Positions 50,519 through 59,165 of a stretch of 64,000 nucleotides of DNA are shown in pieces. Each line of letters starts with the position of its first letter. Position 1 is the first letter of the stretch. The translations under genes and the position numbers were made by a program. Source of the stretch: Thermodesulfobacteriota bacterium (GTDB lineage: Bacteria > Desulfobacterota_D > UBA1144 > Nemesobacterales > Mycalebacteriaceae); NCBI GenBank assembly GCA_965198945.1, contig CBDAQI010000001.1, forward strand, positions 32,001 to 96,000, in the 5' to 3' direction. The notes under the pieces were generated by a model. It saw only the letters and a program-made list of their open reading frames with translations, was not told the DNA's origin and made no database searches.

Positions 50519-50840
50519 GAGGGTTTTGGGCATTGCCTCCCGGTTTCTTGAAAAAAGAGGCTTTCAAATTCTGGAAACGAACTTCAGGTGCAGACACGGC
50601 GAGATAGACATAGTCTGCCGTGACCGCGGCACTTTCTGTTTTGTTGAAGTCAAGTCACGCTCGGACTTCAGCCACGGTTTTCCGGAAGAGTTTGTTGACA
50701 GGCATAAAAGAGAAAAAATCACCCTCACTGCTCTTCACTATGTGAAGGAAAAACGTATTGAGACCGAGCCCATGCGTTTTGATGTTGTGACGGTTGACCT
50801 GTCAAAGAGCTGTGTGAACTTGATAGAAGGGGGCTTTTGA
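50505..50840 (+). CDS. yraN: YraN/UPF0102 family nuclease
   Basis: NFRC..GEIDIV, FVEVK.R, RFDVV. Confidence 0.9.
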   Translation: MGLNERVLGIASRFLEKRGFQILETNFRCRHGEIDIVCRDRGTFCFVEVKSRSDFSHGFPEEFVDRHKREKITLTALHYVKEKRIETEPMRFDVVTVDLSKSCVNLIEGGF

Positions 50841-50856
50841 GGCGGAATAAAAAAAT

Positions 50857-50885
50857 TTGACACTTAAGTATAAAGGATTTATTAT
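50857..50885 (+). promoter_or_regulatory. strong sigma70 promoter with no downstream ORF
   Basis: A-tract, TTGACA (50857-62), 17 nt, TATTAT (50880-85). Confidence 0.8.
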
Positions 50886-50889
50886 ACAA

Positions 50890-50960
50890 GCCTAAGTTAG
50901 GGCAACTACTTAACTCCTCCTGCTTTTAGAAAAGCCGCGCGGACAACGCGCGGCTTTTCT
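50890..50960 (+). ncRNA. candidate ~70-nt sRNA with anti-SD seed
   Basis: Lies between a consensus promoter and an intrinsic terminator; unpaired ACTCCTCCT at 50913-50921. Confidence 0.6.
50928..50960 (+). terminator. intrinsic terminator (symmetric, possibly bidirectional)
   Basis: AGAAAAGCCGCGCG-GACAA-CGCGCGGCTTTTCT, perfect 14-bp inverted repeat. Confidence 0.85.
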
Positions 50961-51238
50961 ATCTGTAACTTCTGGCTTCCAGAACGCCGTGTTTTCAAGC
51001 CGGAGCGCAATCCGCTCCTGAAATTTATGTGGTCTGCTTTTGAGGAAATCAAGCGGGGGAAAGTTTAGTTTTCCACAAGCACAATGCCTTTCTCTCGCAA
51101 GCCGGGCGCGGGCAGTTATTTCGGTGCGGTGAAAAAAGGCAATCCAACCGGTCAACGGAAGAATTTTTTCCTAAAATATATCAGGGCTTCTGATTCCCGT
51201 TCGTCCGGGAAAGACGAAGCGCCGGCAGGTTTTTTAAC

Positions 51239-51445
51239 ATGGTTGATTTTTTAATTTTCACCGGCGGCATGGCGGCCGGGTTTGTTCTGGGCATGCTTTT
51301 TGACGGCTCGCGAATTGAGGCAAAGTCAAAAGCCAAAGCGCGGGAGAAGGCATTTGAAGCCGTCTACAAGGCACGCAGGGGTCTCAAGGCTTCGGATGAG
51401 GCCGGAAGAGAACTTCTTAAAAAAGTGGAATCACTTATTGATTGA
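51239..51445 (+). CDS. small membrane-anchored hypothetical protein
   Basis: AGGT upstream; hydrophobic N-terminus followed by a charged helix. Confidence 0.55.
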   Translation: MVDFLIFTGGMAAGFVLGMLFDGSRIEAKSKAKAREKAFEAVYKARRGLKASDEAGRELLKKVESLID

Positions 51446-51457
51446 TGCCGTTCTTTG

Positions 51458-52282
51458 TCATTGATTCTTGTAGCCTTTATATCCGGACATATCCGCAAGT
51501 TTTTTAAGAGTCTGCACGCCCTTGTAAAGTGAGCCGTCTATCTCCCAGGTTGGAAACGCGCTTATTTTTCTGTCTGAACACAGCTGCGGGTTGGCATTTT
51601 TCCCCTCCGGGTGACATTCAACGTAATTGACTTCTTCCGCATATCGCCCGAAGTATTTTTTTTGAAGCAAGCAAGCGGGGCACTTAAATGAGCCATACAT
51701 AACCGCTCCGCTTTCCTTCAGATGCGCCGCCAGATTTTTCTGAAATTTTTCGTGCTCAAAAGAAGGCGCAGAAACCCTTGACGCCGGGTCATCACTGAGG
51801 GCTGCGGAAGCGTATCCTCCGGCGGCCGCGAACACCCCGATCAAGATGCCGGCTGCTATCTGAGAGACCCTCGCCCCCCGGACCGACAGAATCCATATAG
51901 CAAACACTATGGCGGCTGACGCCACGCAAAAAGGACATATCTTTTGGATAACAAAGAATTCAGCCCATGACAGATAAGCGGAAAATCCCGCCGCCGCGCT
52001 TGCCACACCGATTATGACAGCCCTGTTTTGCCTGATGCCGCCCCGTATAACAGCCGCCAGCAGGAAGGCGTATCCGATGGCTCCGGCAAGAGACGCAGGA
52101 TAACCGAACAGTTTGGAAAATTTGCTGCCGAGCACCTCGTCACAACTCCACCGGGCTCCGCAGTATGTTCCCGCTCCGTCAGTAATGTAGTATACTGCGG
52201 TCAAATACAGGCAGATAATCAATCCTGCGGCTGAAAGAATTGTGATCGCCGGAGATGTCCGATCAGGCTTGGGCTGTTTCAT
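51458..52282 (-). CDS. VKOR-thioredoxin-like fusion (disulfide bond formation)
   Basis: C....SC.EVL.S, CPFC in TM region, then YG..KCPAC..QK..FG, YVEC, FPTW.I.G. Confidence 0.88.
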   Translation of the reverse strand: MKQPKPDRTSPAITILSAAGLIICLYLTAVYYITDGAGTYCGARWSCDEVLGSKFSKLFGYPASLAGAIGYAFLLAAVIRGGIRQNRAVIIGVASAAAGFSAYLSWAEFFVIQKICPFCVASAAIVFAIWILSVRGARVSQIAAGILIGVFAAAGGYASAALSDDPASRVSAPSFEHEKFQKNLAAHLKESGAVMYGSFKCPACLLQKKYFGRYAEEVNYVECHPEGKNANPQLCSDRKISAFPTWEIDGSLYKGVQTLKKLADMSGYKGYKNQ

Positions 52283-52351
52283 GATTTTTGATTTTAACAC
52301 TAATTTGGAAAGAATTGTGTTTTTGTCCCCGAATAATAGGCGGAACAAAGT

Positions 52352-52939
52352 TTGAATTTGGAAAGATACGCTGAAAGTGCGGCCGTTCTTGCTTCCACGG
52401 TTTTTTCACCGCCTCTTGTTGTGTGCTATGCCGTCGCCGCTCTTTTTCCGTCAATAGGGGGAAATTTTTTACTTGCGGCTCTTATAATTGCCGTTTTTGT
52501 TGTTCCTCCGGTTTTTTACATACTTTTTTTGATGCGCAAAGGCGCGGTTTCAAGCTTTCACCTCTCAGAGCACCGTGAGCGGTTTCGGCCTCTCAGGTTC
52601 ATTGTCTTAAACACCGCCGCGGGCGGGATTCTTTTCGGCTTTCTGGGGGGGTCTGTTCTGCTGGTTGATGTTGTGGTTGCGTGTCTCGCCGCTCTTCTCG
52701 CCGTTTATTTTGCGACACTTTACTACAAAATAAGCGCCCACACAGCGGCGCTTTCCTCACTCTGGGTTCTGCTTTCACTTTTTTACGGAACGGCGGGAAC
52801 GGCGTTTGCCGTTTTCCTTCCGGTTCTTTCATGGGCGCGTGTCCGGCTTTCAGTTCACACCCCCCTGCAGACCATTGCGGGATGTTTTCTGGGAGCCGCC
52901 GTTACTTTTGCCGTCCTGAAAATCAAAGGACACTTCTGA
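52352..52939 (+). CDS. PAP2-like membrane protein
   Basis: Multiple TM helices, KISAH, WARV.L..HT..Q. Confidence 0.7.
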   Translation: MNLERYAESAAVLASTVFSPPLVVCYAVAALFPSIGGNFLLAALIIAVFVVPPVFYILFLMRKGAVSSFHLSEHRERFRPLRFIVLNTAAGGILFGFLGGSVLLVDVVVACLAALLAVYFATLYYKISAHTAALSSLWVLLSLFYGTAGTAFAVFLPVLSWARVRLSVHTPLQTIAGCFLGAAVTFAVLKIKGHF

Positions 52940-52946
52940 ACCGCCG

Positions 52947-53945
52947 TCACTTGCGGCCGTCCGCCGCATAGTCAAGAATTTTGTCCGCTATTTCAGCCGC
53001 GTTGTCAGGGTATTCAACCCTGTCGGGTTTCTCTGAATTGATGAATTTTTCAAGGCTCTTTGGCAGCCGTTTTGTAACCTTTTCTTCCACCGCTGCGCCC
53101 AGTTTTTTCAGAGCGGCCGCGTTGCATTTCTGCTCATACTGCCCCTTCATCGGGACAACGAGGAGTTTTTTCCCGAGAAAACGGGCTTCGGACGGGGTCT
53201 CAAAACCGCTGTTGCACAGCACGCCTTCGCATCCGCAGATGGAGTCCGCAAACACCTCGGAGTCAACCGGAAAAACAGACACGCTTTTATCCCGCTGTTT
53301 CTCCCTGCAGTGCTTTGAGAACAGATGCCATTCCACATCAATGTTGCGCAGAACTGGGACTATTTTTTCATGCTCAAAAGAAGGCAGGTAAACCGTGTAG
53401 TGACCTTTGCTTGAATAATCGCGTCTGCGTATCTCCTTTCTTATAACCGGAGTTTCAATAAAGGAGTCATATTTTTCAAAGTGAATGCCGATTGGAATTG
53501 AAACGGGCGCATACCAGCTCAGCACGGCTTCGCCGAACCGGTTGATTTTTTCAGGTCTCGGGGTTTTTTCAGAAACAAAGGCGGTTTGGTGTGAAAGCGA
53601 CACGCATTTTTTCTTTTTCAGCAGACAGGCCCAGGAAGTTACCGGCTCAAAATCACTTACCACAATGTCGTATTTCTCAACGGGAAGTTTTCCGACATTT
53701 GAAAAAAATGTGTGCGGGCGGGCTTGCTTCAGGGAAGAAATCAGATCTATTCCGCCTTTTTTACCGAACACATAACCCAGGCCGCGCGGTCTGAATTTTA
53801 TTTCGGCTCCAATTTCTATTTCGCTGTGCGACTCACACAGCAGGATCTCCACCTCGGCCCCCCGAAGTTTCAAGACCGATATTATCTCGCGCGATCTCGT
53901 TATGTGCCCGTTTCCGGTGCCCTGAATACCGTAAAGAACTTTCAT
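52947..53945 (-). CDS. glycosyltransferase, MJ1255/GT-B type
   Basis: YGIQGTGNGHITRS, SDFEP, GFETPSEA..LGKK...VP..GQYEQ..NA. Confidence 0.88.
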   Translation of the reverse strand: MKVLYGIQGTGNGHITRSREIISVLKLRGAEVEILLCESHSEIEIGAEIKFRPRGLGYVFGKKGGIDLISSLKQARPHTFFSNVGKLPVEKYDIVVSDFEPVTSWACLLKKKKCVSLSHQTAFVSEKTPRPEKINRFGEAVLSWYAPVSIPIGIHFEKYDSFIETPVIRKEIRRRDYSSKGHYTVYLPSFEHEKIVPVLRNIDVEWHLFSKHCREKQRDKSVSVFPVDSEVFADSICGCEGVLCNSGFETPSEARFLGKKLLVVPMKGQYEQKCNAAALKKLGAAVEEKVTKRLPKSLEKFINSEKPDRVEYPDNAAEIADKILDYAADGRK

Positions 53946-54050
53946 CAGACCGCCGCTTTTATCTTATATCCCCGTCCGCCGGAAAATCAATGTTTTTGCC
54001 TGCGCACCTTTTTGTCTGTAAACTGCGTTGGCAATTTTCGGGAGGGTTTT

Positions 54051-55217
54051 ATGGATATAAAATGGTCTGACAGAATATCGGAACTTCCTCCTTATCTTTT
54101 TGCGGAAATAGATAAAAAAAAATCCGAGTGTATCGCACGGGGTGTTGATGTAATAGATCTCGGGGTGGGAGACCCGGACATTCCGACCCCTCCCCACATA
54201 GTGCGCGCCGCGGCGCAAGCCGTCGCCGACCCCTCAAACCACAGATATCCTTCCTACGCCGGAATGGCGGAGTTCCGTGCCGCGGCGGCGGATTGGTATG
54301 AAAGAAGGTTCGGCGGCAAACTGAATCCCGAAACCGAGGTTCTCGCGCTTATCGGCTCCAAAGAGGGAGTTGCGCACACACCGATGGCTTTTGTAAATCC
54401 CGGCGACTGTGTGCTTGTTCCCGACCCCGGCTACCCGGTTTATCCCGTTTCGGTGGCGTTTGCGGGCGGTTTTTGCAGCAAAATGCCGCTTCTCAAAGAG
54501 AACGGCTTTCTTCCCGACCTTGATGCCATTGACCCCGCCGTTGCCGCGCGTGCAAAGATGATGTTTTTGAACTACCCGAACAACCCGACGACGGCCGTCG
54601 CGGACGCGTCTTTTTTTGAAAGGGTCGTTGAGTTCGCGCTCAAACACAACATAGTCGTCTGTCATGACGCCGCTTATACGGAAATCGCCTTTGACGGCTT
54701 TGTTCCGCCCGGTTTTCTTGAAACCCCCGGTGCGAAAGAAGTGGGAATTGAGTTTCACTCTCTTTCCAAAACCTTCAGCATGACGGGCTGGAGAATCGCT
54801 TTTGCCGCGGGTTCGGAGCGCGCAATAGCGGCTTTGGGCAAGGTGAAGACAAACATAGATTCCGGCGCGTTTCAGGCCGTGCAAATCGCGGGTATTGAGG
54901 CTCTTACCGGCAAAGACGAGGGGTTTGAGCGGAGAAGGGAGAAATACCGCGAGAGAAGAGACATATTCTGCAAAGGTCTTGAAAAAGCCGGTCTTTCGCA
55001 TGAAAAACCGCTTTCAACCTTTTATGTCTGGTTTGAAACTCCGCCCGGTATGAGCTCGGCGCAGTTTTCCTCCATGGTTCTTGACCGTTGCGGAGTTGTT
55101 CTGACACCCGGAAACGGCTTCGGAGAATTTGGTGAAGGGTATGTTCGCGCCTCAATAACTTTTGACACCGAAAGAATAAGAGAGGCGGCGGACAGAATTG
55201 CATCCCTTTCCTTTTAG
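54051..55217 (+). CDS. dapL: LL-diaminopimelate aminotransferase
   Basis: GGAGG SD; LPPYLFAEID, DLGVGDPD, IGSKEG, NYPNNPT, HD.AY, SLSKT..MTGWR, KTNIDSG. Confidence 0.85.
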   Translation: MDIKWSDRISELPPYLFAEIDKKKSECIARGVDVIDLGVGDPDIPTPPHIVRAAAQAVADPSNHRYPSYAGMAEFRAAAADWYERRFGGKLNPETEVLALIGSKEGVAHTPMAFVNPGDCVLVPDPGYPVYPVSVAFAGGFCSKMPLLKENGFLPDLDAIDPAVAARAKMMFLNYPNNPTTAVADASFFERVVEFALKHNIVVCHDAAYTEIAFDGFVPPGFLETPGAKEVGIEFHSLSKTFSMTGWRIAFAAGSERAIAALGKVKTNIDSGAFQAVQIAGIEALTGKDEGFERRREKYRERRDIFCKGLEKAGLSHEKPLSTFYVWFETPPGMSSAQFSSMVLDRCGVVLTPGNGFGEFGEGYVRASITFDTERIREAADRIASLSF

Positions 55218-55237
55218 TCTGCGAAGAATCTCTTGAG

Positions 55238-56728
55238 ATGTTTTCAACCCTTTCCTCACTGATAGTGCTGCCGGCTGAAATTCTCTATCTTTTATGTCTG
55301 CTTTTTCTCTCGGCGATGGGGTTTCACAGATATCGTCTCTGCTGGCTCTTTCTGAAAAATCGCAGTCGCGCCCAGGCATGTCCGCCCGCGCTTCCCGATT
55401 CACAACTTTCGTCCGTCACGGTTCAGCTTCCGGTCTATAACGAGGTTTATGTCGTGGAAAGAGTCATAGAAGCGGTTTGCGCTATGGACTATCCGCAGCA
55501 TTTGATTGAAATCCAGGTGCTTGACGATTCCACCGATGAAACTTCAAAAATCGCGCGCGCGGTGGTTGAGCGTAAAAAGTCCGAGGGCTTCAGAATAAGC
55601 CACATATGCAGAAAAACGAGGCGCGGATACAAGGGGGGAGCTCTTGAGAACGGCTCTTTTTCGGCAAGCGGCGAGTTCATGGCGCTTTTTGACGCCGACT
55701 TTGTTCCGCCGCGGGATTTTCTACGCCGCGCGCTCGGGTGTTTTTCCGACTCTTCAATCGGGATAGTGCAGGCGCGCTGGGGACATATAAACATGAATCA
55801 GTCCCGCCTTACGAATCTTCAGTCTATTTTTCTTGACGGCCATCTTGTGGTTGAGCAGACCGGCCGCTCCGCTTCGGGCGTTTTTCTGAATTTCAACGGA
55901 ACCGCTTCGGTGATCAGAAGCTCCTGCCTTGAGTCTTCGGGCGGATGGCATTCGGACACCCTTGCCGAAGACCTTGACCTGAGCTGCAGAGCGCAGCTGA
56001 ACGGGTGGAAAATAAGATATGTGAGCGATCTCATCTGTCCGTCCGAGCTTCCGTCCGATATAGGGGCATTCAAATCGCAGCAGCGCCGGTGGACATGCGG
56101 CGGGGTGCAGAACGCTTTCAAGTTTCTCGCTGAAATTTTTTCGCGCAAAGACCTCTCGGCCGGTTTCAAAACCGAGGCCGCGTTTCATATGCTCGGAAAT
56201 TTTTCAAGTCCGTTTTTTCTCATCAGCCTTTTTTCCGCGGTTGTGGTGAGCGCAGCGGGCGGAAAACTGCCCCGTTTCGTCTACCAGTTTGTCGGAACCG
56301 CAGCTTTTATTGCAACGGGCGGCGTTTTGCTTTTTTACTTGCTTGCCGTTATCAATTCCGCTCCGCGGGAAAAAATCCGGCGCCTTGCGGCAGCCCCTTT
56401 TGTTATGCACCTATGGGCCGGAATTTCAATAAGCAACGCGCGCGAGGTTGTGCGCTGCCTTACGGGAGGCGCGCGCGAGTTTGTCCGGACTCCGAAAACC
56501 GCCGCCGGAACCGGCGTCTCCGCGGCCGACTGTGCGGCCGCCGCCCGTTTTGATTTCGGGGCGCTTTTTGAACTTTCAGTCTCGCTGGCGCTTCTGTTTT
56601 TCGCGTTTGCCGGAGGCGTGACGGACGCCTTTATGAGGTTTCTGCTTGCATTTTTTTCGCTGGCTTTTTTCTATGTTTCTTTTCTCTCACTCAAGCCGTA
56701 TCTCGGAAGACTTGCCCGCAGGTCTTGA
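55238..56728 (+). CDS. processive GT2 glycosyltransferase (cellulose-synthase-like)
   Basis: QLPVYNE, DDSTD, KGGAL, DADF, ED, QQRRW, flanking TM helices. Confidence 0.88.
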   Translation: MFSTLSSLIVLPAEILYLLCLLFLSAMGFHRYRLCWLFLKNRSRAQACPPALPDSQLSSVTVQLPVYNEVYVVERVIEAVCAMDYPQHLIEIQVLDDSTDETSKIARAVVERKKSEGFRISHICRKTRRGYKGGALENGSFSASGEFMALFDADFVPPRDFLRRALGCFSDSSIGIVQARWGHINMNQSRLTNLQSIFLDGHLVVEQTGRSASGVFLNFNGTASVIRSSCLESSGGWHSDTLAEDLDLSCRAQLNGWKIRYVSDLICPSELPSDIGAFKSQQRRWTCGGVQNAFKFLAEIFSRKDLSAGFKTEAAFHMLGNFSSPFFLISLFSAVVVSAAGGKLPRFVYQFVGTAAFIATGGVLLFYLLAVINSAPREKIRRLAAAPFVMHLWAGISISNAREVVRCLTGGAREFVRTPKTAAGTGVSAADCAAAARFDFGALFELSVSLALLFFAFAGGVTDAFMRFLLAFFSLAFFYVSFLSLKPYLGRLARRS

Positions 56729-56820
56729 CAAGGGCGCAACATAATAGAATATACTTACGGTTATTATTTTTCTGGGTGAGCGGAATTATTCTGTTTCAAA
56801 CCCGTGGAGGTTTTCTGATT

Positions 56821-57996
56821 ATGTCTGAGATTTACGGCTTCAGTTCAAGAACGCGGCACTTTGTGCAGCCAAAGCAGTGGGCAAGCATGAGGGTTGCCAA
56901 AGAGATTGAGAAAAAAACCGGTAAAAACATAATACATTTTGAGAAAGGAGACTATCAGGGCCCGGATTTTGAAACGCCCCGCCACATAATTGAGGCGACA
57001 AACAGAGCGGTTGAGGAGGGTTATGTGCGCTATGACCCCGGTCCGGGACTGCCCGAACTCAGAGAAGCCATAGCCGAAAGAACCACGAGCCAGGGACGCA
57101 AAACCGAACCGGAGGAGGTCATAGTAACCGCCGGAGCCAAGCACGCCCTTACGGCCTCTCTGAACATTTTTCTTGAAGACGGGGATGAGGTTATTTTTCC
57201 CAACCCCGGTTACCCTCCGGATGAGGTTTGGGCTAAGTATCTCGGAGCGGAAATCAAGCATACCCCTCTGACCGACCCGGACTGGCAGTTTGATGTGGAA
57301 AAACTTGAGTCTCTGATAACACCAAAAACCAAGCTGGTTATCATCAACACGCCGCAGCGTCCGAACGGACATCTGGTTGAAAATCCGGAAGAAATTGCCG
57401 GGATGTGCGCCAGACATCCGGGGCTGGTAGTCATATCGGATGAGATTTTCTCACAGGTAACTTTTGACAAACCCCACCTGAGCGTAAGTGCGGTTGACGG
57501 CATGGCTGACAGAACCATTGTCATAGATACATTCTCAAAAACCTGGGCGATGACCGGATGGAGAATCGGATGGGCCGTCGCCCCGAAGCCGATTATTGAA
57601 AAGATGTCCATCTTTCTCCAGGATTCCATAACAAACGTTGCGGCGCTCATACAGCGCGCCGCTTATTCAGCGCTCACGGGCCCACAGGACTGGGTTCATG
57701 AAAAGCACACCCTTCTCAAAAATAAAAGAGACAGAATGGTCGCCGCTCTGAATAAAGTTCCGGGAGTCAAGTGCGACACGCCGGACGGGGCTTTCTACGC
57801 CTTTGCGGACATAACGGGAACCGGCCTTACTTCTCAGCAATACACAGACCGCCTCATAGAGCGCGCCGGAGTGGCCGTTGTGGCCGGAACCGCTTTCGGA
57901 GACAGGGGAGAGGGATTTGTGCGTGTTACCTACGCATGTTCCGACGAAGACATAGACGAGGGAACGCGAAGAATGAAAGAGGCGGATCTTTCCTGA
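56821..57996 (+). CDS. class I/II PLP aminotransferase (aspartate aminotransferase-like)
   Basis: GGAGG SD; GLPELREAIA, TAGAK, SDEI, FSKTWAMTGWRIG, GAFY. Confidence 0.9.
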   Translation: MSEIYGFSSRTRHFVQPKQWASMRVAKEIEKKTGKNIIHFEKGDYQGPDFETPRHIIEATNRAVEEGYVRYDPGPGLPELREAIAERTTSQGRKTEPEEVIVTAGAKHALTASLNIFLEDGDEVIFPNPGYPPDEVWAKYLGAEIKHTPLTDPDWQFDVEKLESLITPKTKLVIINTPQRPNGHLVENPEEIAGMCARHPGLVVISDEIFSQVTFDKPHLSVSAVDGMADRTIVIDTFSKTWAMTGWRIGWAVAPKPIIEKMSIFLQDSITNVAALIQRAAYSALTGPQDWVHEKHTLLKNKRDRMVAALNKVPGVKCDTPDGAFYAFADITGTGLTSQQYTDRLIERAGVAVVAGTAFGDRGEGFVRVTYACSDEDIDEGTRRMKEADLS

Positions 57997-58064
57997 CACC
58001 CGGCATTTCGCGGATTTTCAGCGATGTGTTTCACTCGGAAAGACCGGTTTCCCATTCTTGGACT

Positions 58065-58097
58065 CTTAACTTAAAATTAAGTATTTCTTAACATTTG
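58065..58097 (+). promoter_or_regulatory. putative Pho box (11-bp phased direct repeats)
   Basis: CTTAAC (58065), ATTAAG (58076), CTTAAC (58087) upstream of pstS. Confidence 0.6.
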
Positions 58098-58150
58098 TCC
58101 GGTTTCCTAACACCAATCGGAATTATTTGCCATTGCTACAGGAGGACAAA

Positions 58151-59128
58151 ATGTTGAGAATAAAAAGCCGTATTTTTCCAATTGTTTTTTTCGCGGCGCT
58201 TTTTGCCGTTTCGCCGGCTTTCACGCAGGTGGAGGTTGACAAAAAACTTCCAAACTACAGGAAGACCGGAAAGTCCGTTTCGGGCACCATAAACAGCGTC
58301 GGTTCCGATACGATGAACAATCTTATGGCTCTTTGGTGCGAGGGATTCAAGAAACGTTACCCCAGAGTCAAATGTCAGATAGAGGGCAAGGGCTCCAGCA
58401 CCGCGCCGCCCGCTCTTATAAAGGGAACCTCGCAGTTCGGTCCCATGTCCCGCAGTATGAAATCCAAAGAGGTTGACGCATTTGAAAAAGCGTTCGGATA
58501 CAAACCCGTCGCAATACCGACCGCCGTTGACATGCTTGCGGTTTTCGTCAACAGGGAGAGCCCGGTCAAGTGTCTTTCAATAAAACAGGTTGACTCAGCT
58601 TTTTCTAAAACCAGAAGGTGCGGAGCCGCAACCTCCGCCTCCAAATGGGAAGATCTCGGAGTCGGCGGCGCCTGGGGACGCCGGCCGATAACCCTTTACG
58701 GAAGGAACTCCGCTTCGGGAACCTACGGATATTTCAAGAAAAAAGCCCTTTGCAAGGGAGACTACTCGGACTCCGTCAAGGAGCAGCCCGGCTCGGCCTC
58801 AGTCGTTCAGGGGATCAGCAAAGACAAATACGCCGTCGGGTATAGCGGGATTGGCTATGCCACATCCAGTGTGCGCGCCATAGCTCTGTCCAAAAAAAAT
58901 GGAAAGTGCATTGAGCCGTCCCCGAAAAACAAAAACTACCCGCTCGCAAGGTATCTCTATCTTTATGTCAACAAGAAGCCGGGGAAAAAGCTTGACAATC
59001 TCCGCAAAGAGTTTCTCAAATTTGTTTTGAGCAAGCAGGGACAGAGGGTTGTCGTCAAAGACGGCTACATTCCCCTTGACAACAAAACAGTCAGAGAACT
59101 CAGAAAAAAATATCTCGGCGGAAGATAA
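58151..59128 (+). CDS. pstS: phosphate ABC transporter substrate-binding protein
   Basis: GGAGG SD; signal peptide, GSDT, GSST, MSR, GRNSASGT, YSGIGY, YPLAR. Confidence 0.93.
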   Translation: MLRIKSRIFPIVFFAALFAVSPAFTQVEVDKKLPNYRKTGKSVSGTINSVGSDTMNNLMALWCEGFKKRYPRVKCQIEGKGSSTAPPALIKGTSQFGPMSRSMKSKEVDAFEKAFGYKPVAIPTAVDMLAVFVNRESPVKCLSIKQVDSAFSKTRRCGAATSASKWEDLGVGGAWGRRPITLYGRNSASGTYGYFKKKALCKGDYSDSVKEQPGSASVVQGISKDKYAVGYSGIGYATSSVRAIALSKKNGKCIEPSPKNKNYPLARYLYLYVNKKPGKKLDNLRKEFLKFVLSKQGQRVVVKDGYIPLDNKTVRELRKKYLGGR

Positions 59129-59165
59129 AACAAATGGTCTCTTTTGAAATAGCCGGGAGTCTGTC

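Noticed and set aside
50910..51155. 81-aa minus-strand ORF
   Set aside because: Runs through the terminator hairpin, has no SD and no protein-like features.
53712..54050. Long N-terminal extensions given by the ORF track for dapL (also hisC, mutS, cofC, VKOR and the 56725 aminotransferase)
   Set aside because: They overlap neighbouring genes or promoters; family homology begins at the downstream starts used above.
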